Shown here: piece after piece, positions 18,153 through 28,856 of the stretch
How positions within the stretch are numbered: position 1 is the first letter of the stretch
How the letters are laid out: every line of letters begins with the position of its first letter
IMG/VR virus record: IMGVR_UViG_3300024222_000003
Coordinates: 1-44,282 of that record
Length of the DNA: 44,282 bases
Reading direction: 5' to 3' (one strand)
From: a virus
Lineage: Duplodnaviria > Caudoviricetes
Notes under the pieces: model-generated
Told to the model about the DNA's origin: nothing
Seen by the model: the letters and a program-made list of their open reading frames with translations, nothing else
The model's database searches: none
Made by a program: the position numbers and the translations under genes

Positions 18153-19314
18153 GCTGACGCTCGACGAGCTGACACAACCACTGACGCGACAGCAGGTCGA
18201 GTCGTCGATTTATGCCGTGCTCGCGCAGCTCGGCGTCAACACGACATCGTGGAAGCCCGGCGCAGTCGTGCGCACAATAATCGTGGGCGTCAGCGCTGTG
18301 TTCGCTGCGTTCACGCAGCTGATGGCGCTCATCGCGCGATCGGGGTTCTTGGCGCTGTCGTCGGGCGACTGGCTGACGCTCGTCGCTTTCTACGTCTACG
18401 GCATCGAGCGGCGCGCTGCGACGTACGCGAGCGGCAACATCACCCTGACGAACGGCGGCGGGGGTCTGTACATCCTCGACGCTGGCGATCTCATCGTTCG
18501 TAACTCGCTGACGGGCGCGACGTACCGCAACACGGGGCCGCTGACCCTCAGCCCGAGCTCGGTCGTCACTACGGGCATCGTCGCGACCGAGCCCGGCACG
18601 GTGGGCAACGCAGCAGCGCACGCTATCAACACGCTGGTGACGACGCTGCTCGGGGTCACGTGTGACAACGCAGCAGCGCTGAACGGCACCGACACCGAGC
18701 CTGACGCGACGCTTCGACAGCGCTGCAGTGAGATGCTCGGCGCGTTGTCGCCGATGGGTCCGTGGGATGCGTATTCGAGCGCGCTGCGCAACGCGACAGA
18801 CCCCACGGGCCGCAACCTCAACATCACCCGCGTGTCGCTCGTCCCGAACGGCTACGGGCTCGTCGATGTGTACTGCGCGACGAGTACGGGAACACTACCC
18901 ACCAGCGACGTGCCCTACGCTGACGAGGCCATTCAGCAGAACGCTGTGCCCCAGTGCGTGACAGCGGTCGTGCACCCCGCTGTCGAGCACATCATATCGA
19001 CGACGTTTACTGTCTACGCTTACAACACGAGCGGGATGACGACCCTCGAGTTCACGAACGCGATCAACGCGGCAGTGACTGCATTCATCATCGCGCAGCC
19101 TGTGGGCGGTAACGTCATCACAGCACCGACGGGCTACGTGTACACAGACGGTCTGCGCACTGCGATCGCGAGCGTCGCGCCCGAGGTGTTCCATGTCGAC
19201 ATCACACTGCCCGCGGCACCCGTCGCGCTGACTCCGGCTGAAGTCGCTGTGCCCGGTCCGATCACGATCACCGAACTCAAGCTCGTGCCCCCGCCCGAGG
19301 CTTTTCATCCATGA
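18145..19314 (+). CDS. Baseplate J-like protein
   Basis: GDWLTL..YGIERRAATYA, ATEPGTVGN and GTDTEPDATLRQR are canonical gpJ motifs. Confidence 0.9.
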   Translation: MARLTLDELTQPLTRQQVESSIYAVLAQLGVNTTSWKPGAVVRTIIVGVSAVFAAFTQLMALIARSGFLALSSGDWLTLVAFYVYGIERRAATYASGNITLTNGGGGLYILDAGDLIVRNSLTGATYRNTGPLTLSPSSVVTTGIVATEPGTVGNAAAHAINTLVTTLLGVTCDNAAALNGTDTEPDATLRQRCSEMLGALSPMGPWDAYSSALRNATDPTGRNLNITRVSLVPNGYGLVDVYCATSTGTLPTSDVPYADEAIQQNAVPQCVTAVVHPAVEHIISTTFTVYAYNTSGMTTLEFTNAINAAVTAFIIAQPVGGNVITAPTGYVYTDGLRTAIASVAPEVFHVDITLPAAPVALTPAEVAVPGPITITELKLVPPPEAFHP

Positions 19315-19997
19315 CAGCGCCCAAGCCGCCATTCAATCCTGACTCGCCCGTCATCACCTTCCGCGACACGGTGTGGCGCGCAGTGCCGCCGTGGCTCAAG
19401 ACAGGCACGGCTCAGCGCTTGCTGTACTCGATAGCTGTGCAGCTCGACGCAGCAGGCGACGCGATCGTCGCAGGCGTCAAGATGCGCTTCCCGAATCTGT
19501 ACTCGGCCGACTCGCTGTCAGAGATCGGCAACGAGCGTCGCATTCGCCGCGGGCTCGTCGAGACCGACCCGAACTACACAGCGCGGCTCGTGCGCTGGCT
19601 CGTCGACCACCGCCGGCGCGGCGGCGCGTACGCGCTGCTGACGCAACTTTGGTATCACTACGCGCCGAACAACTTCCCGATCGCGCTGTGGTACCGCTCG
19701 GGCACGCGCTACGAGATGGCGGTCGACGGCACGATCACACGCAGTCTGCCGCCTGTGCTGCCCAACTTCCCCGACTGGGCGCACTGGTCGCTGCTGTATT
19801 TCTCAGACTCGTTCACTGAGGCTGACGAGGACGATCTGATAGTCATACCTCGCGACTGGATAGCCGCGCATTGCTTCGGCGAGATCATCGTCATGCCCAC
19901 GGGCGCCGAGCTCTGGGACTACCCAGCAAGCGAGACGTGGAACGGCGCGGGGTTGTGGAACTCTGCAGACACAGGCTTTCGAGTGCCGGTGAGATAG
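19311..19997 (+). CDS. Baseplate wedge protein (gpI-like)
   Basis: LSEIGNERRIRRG..ETD..Y.ARL motif; follows gpJ. Confidence 0.7.
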   Translation: MTAPKPPFNPDSPVITFRDTVWRAVPPWLKTGTAQRLLYSIAVQLDAAGDAIVAGVKMRFPNLYSADSLSEIGNERRIRRGLVETDPNYTARLVRWLVDHRRRGGAYALLTQLWYHYAPNNFPIALWYRSGTRYEMAVDGTITRSLPPVLPNFPDWAHWSLLYFSDSFTEADEDDLIVIPRDWIAAHCFGEIIVMPTGAELWDYPASETWNGAGLWNSADTGFRVPVR

Positions 19998-20001
19998 TCA
20001 A

Positions 20002-20778
20002 ATGGCGCATACCATAGTCGAGACACCGTCGTTTGATCTGAACATCGTCGTGCCCGACGGCACTGACTCGCGCGCTGACGCAGCCGAGAAAGTCGCAGCG
20101 ATCGCGCAGAAGCTCGCGAACCGCACGCAGTCTATGAAGCTGGTGACTGACGTCGCTGCGAAGAAAAATGTCAGCAACACGTTCACCGCGCCGAACACGT
20201 TCAGCGTGCTGACGACGATGCAAACGTTGCATGTGAACAGCACGACCGAGGTCGCCGGCAACCTGTGGGTCGACTCGTCCAAAGACGTGCTGTACATGGG
20301 CACGGTCGTCACGGTGCACAAACAGATCTCGCTCGCTCGAGGTGCGCCCAACGTCAGCGCGGCAGTCGACGTCAACATACGTCTGCAGATTGCGAACCCC
20401 GTACTCGAAAACTTTGCGGCCATCAACGATGGCGTGTGGTTCGTGCCTATCGAACTGCCGTCGGGGTGCAAGCTCGTCGACGCACAGTTTCAGTACCACG
20501 GCGGACCGAGCGACGACGCGTTCGACTTCAACATCATGAGACAGACGATCACCGACTGGGCCGCGGACCCAGCGGGCGGGGCGAGCTATACGGGGATCGG
20601 CTCGGGCGCGAGCTCGCTCGCAGGCTTGCATACCGCTACGTGCTCGCTCGGCAACTACACGATCAACAACGCCAACGAGACGTATTACGCGCGCATCATC
20701 AGCAACGCGCTGGCCGACGACGGCAGCATCTGGGGCTTTCGAGTCGGGTTCACTAACTACGGCTTGAACAACCGTTAG
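20002..20778 (+). CDS. Putative tail fibre / baseplate-attached protein
   Basis: Position after gpI-like gene; QKLANRT coil then beta-rich C-terminus. Confidence 0.55.
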   Translation: MAHTIVETPSFDLNIVVPDGTDSRADAAEKVAAIAQKLANRTQSMKLVTDVAAKKNVSNTFTAPNTFSVLTTMQTLHVNSTTEVAGNLWVDSSKDVLYMGTVVTVHKQISLARGAPNVSAAVDVNIRLQIANPVLENFAAINDGVWFVPIELPSGCKLVDAQFQYHGGPSDDAFDFNIMRQTITDWAADPAGGASYTGIGSGASSLAGLHTATCSLGNYTINNANETYYARIISNALADDGSIWGFRVGFTNYGLNNR

Positions 20779-20795
20779 CTCGCAGAGGTGACAGA

Positions 20796-23324
20796 ATGAG
20801 CTTCCTCGACAACATACTGCAAGGCGGCGTCGCGTCAGACCTCGCGACGACTAACACGCCCGTGAACGTGTCGAGCTCGACGCCGCCGAACCCCGGCGAC
20901 GTGCTGACCGCTGTCGACGCTGAGAACGCTACTTGGCAGCCGGGCGGGGGCGCGGGCGGTAATGCTGGCGGTCTCGAGACAGCTGGTGATCCCGTCGACG
21001 TATCGGGCGCTCTGCCTCCCGTCGCTGGTCAGGTGCTGACTGCAGTCGACCCCGAGCACGCGGAGTGGCGCGTCCCCGGTCTGCACTACGACCCAGGGAT
21101 CAAGTTTTGGACGAGCAGCGCCGGGTCAGCGACGATCGGGCCGGGGTCGTGGGGCTTCATTCAGCAGCCCGTCGGCGGTGTAGACCCCGTGACCGTCTAC
21201 ATCGTTTCATCGCTCGAGGCGCCCCCGGTCGACTCGCGCTTCGGTCTGTATGTTGGACGCGATGTCACTGCGCCCGTGTTGGTGCAGGTGCTCGGCGCGT
21301 CGCAGATTCAAGGGCTCGATGGCGTGCTCGGCCCGAGCGCATCGCTGCTGCCCGGCGCTGACTATGAATGGGTGTTCTACCACGAGGACGGCGCGGCACT
21401 TTGGGGGCTCGTCAGCGACACAGCAGGCGTCGCGAAGCGCATCGCAGCCGCAGGCGGGACGGTCGAAGTCGCGAGCTCGGCAGCGCCGACCGCAGGTCAA
21501 GTGTTGGTCGCGCTCGACGCGGAGCACGCTGCATGGTCGGACGTGGGTCCAGCGGTCTGGCCGACGCTGGGCGATGCGTTCACGAACGCCATACATGTCG
21601 ACGCGATTGTGTCGTCAGACAGTGACCTCTACGGGAACAGCGGCGGGACCGAGACAGACGGTATTGGGTACGGCGTCGAGCTGACGGTGCTCGCAGTTGC
21701 TCAGAGCGACCCGAGCGAGAACGGCTTCTGGGTGACACACGACGGCACTTGGCCGCGCGGACTGCCGCTGCCCGAGGACACGCTCGTCGGACAGCTCGTC
21801 GTCGTCGACGACGGCACCGAGTTCGCGGGCTCGATGTGGACGTATCGCGGTGATGGCCAGTGGGACCAGATCTCGCCGGGCTCGCCGATCGCGGGCGGCG
21901 ACTTCATGGTGCGCGTCGGCAAGGAGATTCATCTCGTCGGGCCGATCACTGCTGGCGTGCATGGGAACCTCAGCGGGGGCGCGTTGCATGCTGACGCCAC
22001 GACGACAGTCAGCGGGTTCTTTTCTGGCGCGGAGAAAGTGAAGCTGGCGGGGATCGCTACAGGTGCTGCAGCTCTGGCGAACACGACGCCGTTTCAGATC
22101 ACGGCAGGTGCGGCCGCGTCAGCCGGCACAGACACAGTGGCGTCACGGCGGGATCACTTACACAGCATCTCGATTGCGGCGCCCGTTGCGCTAACTGTTG
22201 GAGGTTCAAACGGCTCGGGTTCAGCGACGAGCGTTCCGCGCTCCGATCACACTCATCAGCTTCCGGCGTTTGGCTCGACCACAGGCACGTTCGCGCAGGG
22301 AAACGACACGCGCTTCCTGAAAGCAGCGACGCTATCGAGCGCATCCGACGTTTCAATCGCTGGCGCTGGCACCCCGGTGACAGGACAGACCCTGGTGACG
22401 ACCGGCGCGGCTGCAGCCACATGGCAGTTCCCCGCGATGTTCGGCGCGCTGAATCAGTGTCGGCTGAGCGCGACGACGGACTCTATTCCGACGGTGGATC
22501 TGGCAACTGCGAGCACGATCTATCTGACGCCGCACTGCGGATCAATCATCACTCTGTACTCGTCCACGCTGGCACAGGTGGTGCCGATCTCAGTGGGCGC
22601 GGGCGTGTCGCTCGCGCTGACTGGACTAACGACAGACGTCGTCTATGACGTGTTCGCATATCTGACTAATCCTGCGGCGCCGCTGTCAGGCACTGTCGGG
22701 CTCGAGCTGCTCGCATGGACGAACACCACGACGCGAGCGACCAACATCGGACGCAGCACTACGAACGGGATGTGGACAAAGAATGGCGACGCGACGCGGC
22801 GATACGTGGGCACAATCCGCGCGCGCAGTGCGACGTCAATCTCGTGGCGACTGTACGGCTCAGACGGGAACCCTCCGAGGTTCGACCTGTGGAACGTGGA
22901 TAACCAAGTGCAGCTGCGCGCACGCTATGCGTGGAACACGGCGACGTTTTTTGCAGGTATCGCGAGCTCGTGGTTTGCAATCAACGGCGTGAACGGTCGG
23001 TGCGAGTTCGTGGTGGGCGTGCAGATGCAACACACGCTCGCAGATGCGTATCTCGCCGTCATGCCTGGCAACACAACGGACGTCGGTCTTTGCGCCATAA
23101 GCTTCGACAGCGGAGCAACGCCGAGCTCGACACGCACTCAGGTAAAAGCAGGCGGCGCGACCGAGTCTGCAGCGTCGATCGCGGCGTATGAAATACAGTC
23201 GCCGATCGGCTCGCACTATCTGCAGTGGATAGCTTTCGCGACGGCAACGGGCGTCACGTTCAAGGGCGCCTCTGTCAGCAATCCGTCCGAGGAGTCGGGG
23301 CTCAAGGTCACGCACTGGTGCTGA
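20796..23324 (+). CDS. Tail fibre / receptor-binding protein
   Basis: 842 aa, G/A/T/S-rich; four P..G(Q/D).L......A.W repeats; two DHxH motifs. Confidence 0.75.
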   Translation: MSFLDNILQGGVASDLATTNTPVNVSSSTPPNPGDVLTAVDAENATWQPGGGAGGNAGGLETAGDPVDVSGALPPVAGQVLTAVDPEHAEWRVPGLHYDPGIKFWTSSAGSATIGPGSWGFIQQPVGGVDPVTVYIVSSLEAPPVDSRFGLYVGRDVTAPVLVQVLGASQIQGLDGVLGPSASLLPGADYEWVFYHEDGAALWGLVSDTAGVAKRIAAAGGTVEVASSAAPTAGQVLVALDAEHAAWSDVGPAVWPTLGDAFTNAIHVDAIVSSDSDLYGNSGGTETDGIGYGVELTVLAVAQSDPSENGFWVTHDGTWPRGLPLPEDTLVGQLVVVDDGTEFAGSMWTYRGDGQWDQISPGSPIAGGDFMVRVGKEIHLVGPITAGVHGNLSGGALHADATTTVSGFFSGAEKVKLAGIATGAAALANTTPFQITAGAAASAGTDTVASRRDHLHSISIAAPVALTVGGSNGSGSATSVPRSDHTHQLPAFGSTTGTFAQGNDTRFLKAATLSSASDVSIAGAGTPVTGQTLVTTGAAAATWQFPAMFGALNQCRLSATTDSIPTVDLATASTIYLTPHCGSIITLYSSTLAQVVPISVGAGVSLALTGLTTDVVYDVFAYLTNPAAPLSGTVGLELLAWTNTTTRATNIGRSTTNGMWTKNGDATRRYVGTIRARSATSISWRLYGSDGNPPRFDLWNVDNQVQLRARYAWNTATFFAGIASSWFAINGVNGRCEFVVGVQMQHTLADAYLAVMPGNTTDVGLCAISFDSGATPSSTRTQVKAGGATESAASIAAYEIQSPIGSHYLQWIAFATATGVTFKGASVSNPSEESGLKVTHWC

Positions 23325-23327
23325 ACT

Positions 23328-24521
23328 ATGACTGAGTTCGTTATCATCGTCCCGAGCGCGCCGCTTCCACCGAGCGTCGTCGTGTCGCCGTCGCAAGCGC
23401 TCGCAGTCAGCGTGACCAACGAGCAAGGGCCGCAAGGTCCAGTCGGCCCGCAGGGGCCGCAGGGTGACGTGGGTGCGACGGGGCCGCAGGGCGACGTGGG
23501 CGCGACGGGCGCGACGGGCGTGCAAGGTCCGCAAGGCGAAGTCGGACCACAAGGCGACGCAGGCGCTGACGGCCTGCAGGGCGCAACGGGCGCGACGGGG
23601 GCGACGGGCGCGCAAGGTCCAGTCGGCCCGCAAGGCGCTACGGGGCCGAGTGGACCACAAGGCGCAACGGGTGCGACGGGTGCGACGGGCGCGCAAGGTC
23701 CAGTCGGCCCGCAGGGGCCGGGCTCGCTCCCGCCGTACGCTGAGCCGCCAGCGTCGCCGAACGCGTTCGACTTCGAAGCTCGCACGGCAGTGACTGCAGA
23801 TCTGGCAGCGCTCGGGTTCACGTTCCGACGAGTGACAGCGACTGCAGGCCCGATGGTGCGCGTCGGCGAGATCGACAAGTTTCGGGGACGGGGCACGACG
23901 ACGCCCGCGCTGGGTTCGCTCGAATACAGGTCGTCACTAAGCAAAGGTCGGCTCTACATTCAGCTGCCCGCGATCAATAGCTGCACGTACACGCTGACCA
24001 AGCCGATCACTGTCCCGACGACAACGGCCTCGCACGGTGCGATGTGCTGGGGCAAGGTCATCACCCCCGCGAACTATAACGGGTCGGGGTACTCATTCTT
24101 GCATCTCGTCGCGATGTTCAAGACAGCGGGCGGCTTCCCTGACGCTGCGACGCAACTGGGCGCTGGGTACTACCTGAACAACCACGTGCAGCAGCGCGTC
24201 TCGTACTTCGGGACAGTCACAGACAACGACCTCGGCCTGCCGGGCGTCGACATGCGCGACGTCAAGATCGTCACAGCGCGAGCGACCCCAACTAACATGA
24301 CTTGGTCTTGCGACTTCGCGTCGTCGTATACAGACGCGTATCTGATGTTCGGAATAGGGAACAGCGGCGGCGTCGCGTCGCTGCTGCAGCACGCGGGTCT
24401 ACATCTCGAGCCCGGCTCTAACTTCACCGCAGTTTGCGACGTCGTGCCTTGGCACTGCTGTATCGACTATCTGCGCCTGTACACAGGCGACCTGACGAAC
24501 ATCTGGGCGGGGAGCCTCTAA
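23328..24521 (+). CDS. Collagen-like fibre protein
   Basis: 32 consecutive Gly-X-Y triplets (about 23427-23714) followed by a globular beta-rich domain. Confidence 0.8.
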   Translation: MTEFVIIVPSAPLPPSVVVSPSQALAVSVTNEQGPQGPVGPQGPQGDVGATGPQGDVGATGATGVQGPQGEVGPQGDAGADGLQGATGATGATGAQGPVGPQGATGPSGPQGATGATGATGAQGPVGPQGPGSLPPYAEPPASPNAFDFEARTAVTADLAALGFTFRRVTATAGPMVRVGEIDKFRGRGTTTPALGSLEYRSSLSKGRLYIQLPAINSCTYTLTKPITVPTTTASHGAMCWGKVITPANYNGSGYSFLHLVAMFKTAGGFPDAATQLGAGYYLNNHVQQRVSYFGTVTDNDLGLPGVDMRDVKIVTARATPTNMTWSCDFASSYTDAYLMFGIGNSGGVASLLQHAGLHLEPGSNFTAVCDVVPWHCCIDYLRLYTGDLTNIWAGSL

Positions 24522-24525
24522 TAAC

Positions 24526-24879
24526 ATGCTGACACTCGACTTCACCCCAGCGTCGATCACCGTTCGCACGACCGTCGGCGCGTCGCTCGCGTTCAGCGTG
24601 ACCGCCAAGAATGCAGACGGCTCGCTGTTCCCGCTCGACGGGTACGACATCACAGCGCCGTTTCTCGCACGCGATGGCGTCGCTCCACCCGTCGACGCGC
24701 TGACTGTCGAGCTGACTGACGTCGCGACCATCAAGCTGTCGCTGACGAGCGAGCAGACGCAGCAGCTCGCAGCGGCCTACGTGCAGAGCCCGCTCGTGTG
24801 GAACTGGGCGACGTGGCTCGAAAGCGCAGCAGGGCGAATCGCGATGCTGCGCGGCGGGCTGATGCTCACCGCGCTGTGA
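24526..24879 (+). CDS. Small virion-associated beta-sandwich protein (BppU-N-like)
   Basis: FSVTAKNADGSLFPLDGY..IKLSLTSEQT pattern; last gene of the structural operon. Confidence 0.5.
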   Translation: MLTLDFTPASITVRTTVGASLAFSVTAKNADGSLFPLDGYDITAPFLARDGVAPPVDALTVELTDVATIKLSLTSEQTQQLAAAYVQSPLVWNWATWLESAAGRIAMLRGGLMLTAL

Positions 24880-24880
24880 C

Positions 24881-25375
24881 TCATATCGAACCGCGTCGCT
24901 CGACGATGCGCAGCTGCGCGGCCATGCGCACGCAGTCTGCAGTCACATAGTCCATGTCGCGATACGCATGCGACTCGACGATGTGCGGCGGCCAGTCGGC
25001 CATCAGGAGCGGCATGTAGTCCCACCCGTGGCCGCAGTCGAACCCGAACGTCCACGTGCCGTCGGTCTCGCACTGCGCGTACGTCACACCGCCGTGTACC
25101 TCGACAGCGAGACCGAGGCGCAAGTAGCCGTCATCGGGTGCGCTCGCTTCGAGCAGCAGTTCGAACGGTCCGGTTCGGTCCGTGACCATCAGCTCGTCGC
25201 GTGGCGGCGTTACGCGAGCATCAAGGTCGAGTCTCGCCCACGGGTGATCGCCGGGCACAGTGACGTAGCCACACAGCGCGCCCGTGACCCCGTTGCGGCG
25301 AATCTCGCACTGATAACTCAGCGCCTCGAAGCTCTTACTGTCGGGCTCGTGCAGCCAGGGCTTGTCATCAACCAC
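24881..25375 (-). CDS. Phage hypothetical protein
   Basis: LCGYV..P..HPW, VHGGVTY and FGFDCGH motifs recalled from an uncharacterised phage family; GTG start overlaps the upstream stop. Confidence 0.7.
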   Translation of the reverse strand: MVDDKPWLHEPDSKSFEALSYQCEIRRNGVTGALCGYVTVPGDHPWARLDLDARVTPPRDELMVTDRTGPFELLLEASAPDDGYLRLGLAVEVHGGVTYAQCETDGTWTFGFDCGHGWDYMPLLMADWPPHIVESHAYRDMDYVTADCVRMAAQLRIVERRGSI

Positions 25376-25706
25376 GACGAACCCCCGGCGCTCGGCGCAG
25401 CTCCTCGAGCTTGTGCGCGTCCTCGACTGCGAGCAGTCCCGCGTCGTCGATCGGTCGGCCTGACTCGCGCAGCTCGCCGAGTATGTCGTCAGCGACGACG
25501 TCACCGAGCAGCGCTCGCACGAGCACGTGGTCAGGGATCGTCGAGGTGATGACCGTGCTGCCGCTGCGCAGGTCGGCCGAGTGAACGAGGATGGTCACCC
25601 CGAGCTCGGCGAACAGTCCCTCGTGTTTGAGCAAGTGCAGCGCTGCGCTGCCGAGCGCGTCGGAGAGTAAGCGTCGTCGCTCGTTGTCGTCGTATTGGGT
25701 CGTCAT
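25368..25706 (-). CDS. Hypothetical protein
   Basis: ATGA-coupled in the leftward operon; protein-like composition. Confidence 0.6.
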   Translation of the reverse strand: MTTQYDDNERRRLLSDALGSAALHLLKHEGLFAELGVTILVHSADLRSGSTVITSTIPDHVLVRALLGDVVADDILGELRESGRPIDDAGLLAVEDAHKLEELRRAPGVRRG

Positions 25707-26359
25707 GTCAGCTCGTAGTCCCCCGCGGGGAACAGCCCGCGGTCTTGTGCGCCTCGTTCCATGCCTACGCGTCGCACCCCGTCGAGCTCGTGCAGTGCGT
25801 TCGAGGTGTTGAGTATCAAGCGTCGCAGCAGGTGCGTCGCGCGCCGGTCGGCGTCGACCATCTCGACGCGATACTGCTTAGGGACGTTATGCTTGCCGTC
25901 GTCGAAGTCGTCGCGCAGCTGCTCGGTCGTGCGGCCGATCTCGGAATACTCGACGCGACCAGCGAGCGCGAACCAGCTCCACCGATCGTCGAAGCACAGC
26001 GCGATCACCGCGCACACTGACTCGAGAACGCCCGCCGGGGTCGCGAGTGTGATGTCGCGCTGCGCGTCAGGCAGTTCAAGCACCCATGCGGGCCACGGGC
26101 TGCGCGGCCGACGATCGGGCGGCGACGCGATCATACGCTGCAGCGCGGCGGGCGAGAGGCGCGTCGTCGGGTTGCCCGAGCGCGCCCACGACCCAGCGAG
26201 CCCGAGCATCATCCACACAGCGAGGTCGTGCCCGTGCCCGCGCGCGCGGCCCTTGCGAATCTCAAGGCCGGCGTCGTGCCCGTCGGCCGCATAGCAGCCG
26301 TCCATATGCGCGCGTCGCCCGAGCTCGCGCAGTGTCGTCATGTCCCAACCGGCAATCAT
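25703..26359 (-). CDS. Hypothetical protein
   Basis: ATGA overlaps at both ends. Confidence 0.6.
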   Translation of the reverse strand: MIAGWDMTTLRELGRRAHMDGCYAADGHDAGLEIRKGRARGHGHDLAVWMMLGLAGSWARSGNPTTRLSPAALQRMIASPPDRRPRSPWPAWVLELPDAQRDITLATPAGVLESVCAVIALCFDDRWSWFALAGRVEYSEIGRTTEQLRDDFDDGKHNVPKQYRVEMVDADRRATHLLRRLILNTSNALHELDGVRRVGMERGAQDRGLFPAGDYELT

Positions 26360-26547
26360 CGGCCCCCCTGCCAGTGGTTGATGATTGACTGACAGTAGTC
26401 GCGCAGGCGGACGGCGACCTCGGGCTCGAGGACGATACGATTCGAATCACCGAGCCCGTTTGACGTGGTGAGAACGATCGCGTGCCCAATGAACTCGACG
26501 TACACCGAGTCCCCTATGTACCGCTTCGTGTCGACTGGCGCTGTCAT
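26356..26547 (-). CDS. Small phage hypothetical protein (63 aa)
   Basis: GGAGG RBS; YIGDSVYV..IVLTT.NG..N.IVLEPEV motif. Confidence 0.7.
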   Translation of the reverse strand: MTAPVDTKRYIGDSVYVEFIGHAIVLTTSNGLGDSNRIVLEPEVAVRLRDYCQSIINHWQGGR

Positions 26548-27002
26548 GCTGTGCCTCCCGCGCGTGTTCGTCGCAGCAGCTCGCGATGTGTCGCGAGCGC
26601 CTCGGCCTCGGTCTCGATGTCTACATCAAGCGACGACGCGAGAACATCGTCGCGATCAACTACCATCGTACGAAAGACCCGCGGGGGTTCGCGCTCGTAC
26701 TCGGTCGTGTCATAGCCTATCCAGAACGTGACGACCTCGAGCGAAGGCGTCGCGACGTCGCGAGCGACTGTTCGATACTCCTCGTCAGCGAGCAGTGTCT
26801 GCAGCTGCGCGAGTGTGACTCGTCGGCCCTTGCGGTCGCGAGCGTAGCGCCCGCGCGTCGCGCATAGCCAATCGACGGCAGCGAGTGAACGAAGCATGAA
26901 CGCGATAGCTCGTTCATGACAGCGCTTCGCGTCGAGCTCGTTCGACGAGCGCGCTGCGTACATGGGCGGGGCCGCTCGCGAGCGCGAGAACGCGAACGTC
27001 AT
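26544..27002 (-). CDS. Hypothetical protein (start uncertain: 27104, 27002 or 26897)
   Basis: C-terminal V.TFWIGYD..P.VFRTMV..EAEALATH is protein-like; coupled to the next gene. Confidence 0.55.
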   Translation of the reverse strand: MTFAFSRSRAAPPMYAARSSNELDAKRCHERAIAFMLRSLAAVDWLCATRGRYARDRKGRRVTLAQLQTLLADEEYRTVARDVATPSLEVVTFWIGYDTTEYEREPPRVFRTMVVDRDDVLASSLDVDIETEAEALATHRELLRRTRAGGTA

Positions 27003-27108
27003 GTACTCGCATTCGCGGGTGACGACGGTTGTCAAGCACCAACCCCCGAGACTGGTCTCGTAAAGTACGTCTGAAAAGACTTTCATGAGCACCATAGAAA
27101 ACATGAAT

Positions 27109-27122
27109 CGATGTTCTCATCA
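27109..27122 (-). promoter_or_regulatory. Operator copy (TGATGAGAACATCG) upstream of the integrase
   Basis: 13/14 match to the cro-promoter palindrome; TTGACG at 27131 follows. Confidence 0.6.
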
Positions 27123-27209
27123 AGATGTAGTTGACGATATGAGGGTGCGCCCGCAGTCTGACCACCGAACGGGCGCGCTGTGCGCTCGTCTGAGACGGAG
27201 AACCGACCA

Positions 27210-28574
27210 ATGGGACGTACTGCTACTGCGACCGAGATGCTGACGCCGGAGGGGCTCGTGACCCTGCGAATCACGCTGCGAGGCACGGACCGTATATCGC
27301 TGCCCACGCATCGACGGCCCGGCGACAAAGCGCTCGAGGTCCTGAAACCGAAACTGAACGCGTACGTGCGCGCGCTGTACGCGCAGCAGCGCTATTCGAA
27401 GGTGAGCATCGCGACGACGATGTCAGCGCTGTGCGAGAAACTCGGGACGATCACTGACTCGCAGCAGTACGTGCGAGCGTGGGAGCGCGTACTCGAGACT
27501 GACGTCATAGCAGTGCAGCTCAAGGAGCAGCACGGGTACTCGCGAGCTGAGATGCCGACCTTTGAAAAGATCGCGCGCGACTGGTGTCTCGGGACCATCA
27601 CTGCAGCGCACCCCAAAGTCAAACGGCGCGAGTCGTGGGAGACCGAGCTGAATCGATTCGAGACCTGGATATTCCCGCTCATCGGGCACATACGCATCGA
27701 CCAACTACGAACAGCGCACGTCGTACAGATATACAACGCAGCGGCATCGGGCTTGCGTGAGACGTCCCGCGACCACTTGTGGAGTCTATGCACTCGCGTC
27801 GCGTCGCTCGCAGTGTGGCCCCTCGAACTGCTCGAGGCGCATCCCATCCCATCGGTCGCGCGGCCCAAGCCCAGCGACATGCGACAGCGCCCGCAGCTGC
27901 GCCCGAGCGACGACCTCGAACTCATGCGCTGCCCGCTCGTCGACGTTCACGACCGTATCTACTTTGGCTTCCTCGCTCGCGAAGGTGTGCGCGAGATGGA
28001 GGGCTGCGCAGTCAAGTGGACTGACATCGACGAGCGCGGCCTCATACGCTGCTGGCACACCAAGACCAAGTCGCTCGACACGTGGCTGCTCGAACCCGGC
28101 ACGTTCGCTGCCTTGAAAGCGTATCGAGCGCTGCTCGGGGACGACGCTGGGCCGCTCGTGTTCGAGCGCATGACCGTCAAGTCGCAGATCGCGGGGCGCT
28201 ATCGCGACTGCCTCGAGGCCGCGGGCGTGCGCGAGCGTCGGCCCGAGCTGTGGGAGCACGAGGAGCAAGCGGGCGGGCGCACTCGCGTTGTCTGCCATAG
28301 TCTGCGCGCGCTGTTCGTCACGTGCGCGATCGCCATGGGCAAGCCCGACAGCTACATACGCACCCGCACGGGCCACAAGGCAGAGCGTCTCATCAAGCTG
28401 TACACGCGCGACGCTGACCAGCTGCTAGCCATGAACGACTACGAGCTCGTGCCGCTCGTCGACGCCATCCCCGAGCTCGCTGAATATCGTCAGAAAACGT
28501 CAGAGGCCGCTGACAGAACGCGCGCTCGCACGCTGACGTCAGCAGTGCGTAAGCGCGCGGCAGCCAGCAAATGA
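27210..28574 (+). CDS. int: Tyrosine recombinase / integrase
   Basis: Catalytic set: EGVREME (R), TKTK (K), HSLR (HxxR), TGH (H), LYTR (Y); core-binding domain IFPLIG.IRIDQL; GGAG RBS. Confidence 0.92.
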   Translation: MGRTATATEMLTPEGLVTLRITLRGTDRISLPTHRRPGDKALEVLKPKLNAYVRALYAQQRYSKVSIATTMSALCEKLGTITDSQQYVRAWERVLETDVIAVQLKEQHGYSRAEMPTFEKIARDWCLGTITAAHPKVKRRESWETELNRFETWIFPLIGHIRIDQLRTAHVVQIYNAAASGLRETSRDHLWSLCTRVASLAVWPLELLEAHPIPSVARPKPSDMRQRPQLRPSDDLELMRCPLVDVHDRIYFGFLAREGVREMEGCAVKWTDIDERGLIRCWHTKTKSLDTWLLEPGTFAALKAYRALLGDDAGPLVFERMTVKSQIAGRYRDCLEAAGVRERRPELWEHEEQAGGRTRVVCHSLRALFVTCAIAMGKPDSYIRTRTGHKAERLIKLYTRDADQLLAMNDYELVPLVDAIPELAEYRQKTSEAADRTRARTLTSAVRKRAAASK

Positions 28575-28655
28575 AGCTAAAAGCTGAACATGGGAGCGCA
28601 GCTGAGACCGCCCGCCGGGTAGTACACCGCGAAGTTGAAGCACATCTCTGGAGCA

Positions 28656-28669
28656 TGATGACAACATCA
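28656..28669 (+). promoter_or_regulatory. Operator copy (TGATGACAACATCA) downstream of the integrase
   Basis: 13/14 match to the consensus; TGATG-N4-CATCA palindrome. Confidence 0.5.
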
Positions 28670-28791
28670 GGAAAGCGCTTGTTTTCTAGCGAATGGCCAG
28701 CGCGCGAAGTTGTTAGAAGGCCCTGCGAGAGTCCGAATCGTCACTCGCGCTGACGATTCGAGCTGCGCGCGAGCGCGCTGACGGAATGAGA

Positions 28792-28826
28792 AACGCCCCA
28801 CACAGGCTGCATCTGTGTGGGGCGTT
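28792..28826. terminator. Hairpin terminator between convergent int and recombination operon
   Basis: 14-bp stem AACGCCCCACACAG / CTGTGTGGGGCGTT with a 7-nt loop. Confidence 0.7.
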
Positions 28827-28856
28827 GTCGTTCCGACCAAAGAACGTAGGGCGAGA

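Noticed and set aside
20796-24521. Diversity-generating retroelement or invertible fibre cassette
   Set aside because: No reverse transcriptase, template/variable repeat pair or invertase seen.
28705-28745. tRNA-Arg fragment (CCTTCTAA on the - strand; GTCCGAATC on +) as attP core
   Set aside because: The two pieces are on opposite strands, and no cloverleaf, acceptor stem or CCA end can be built.
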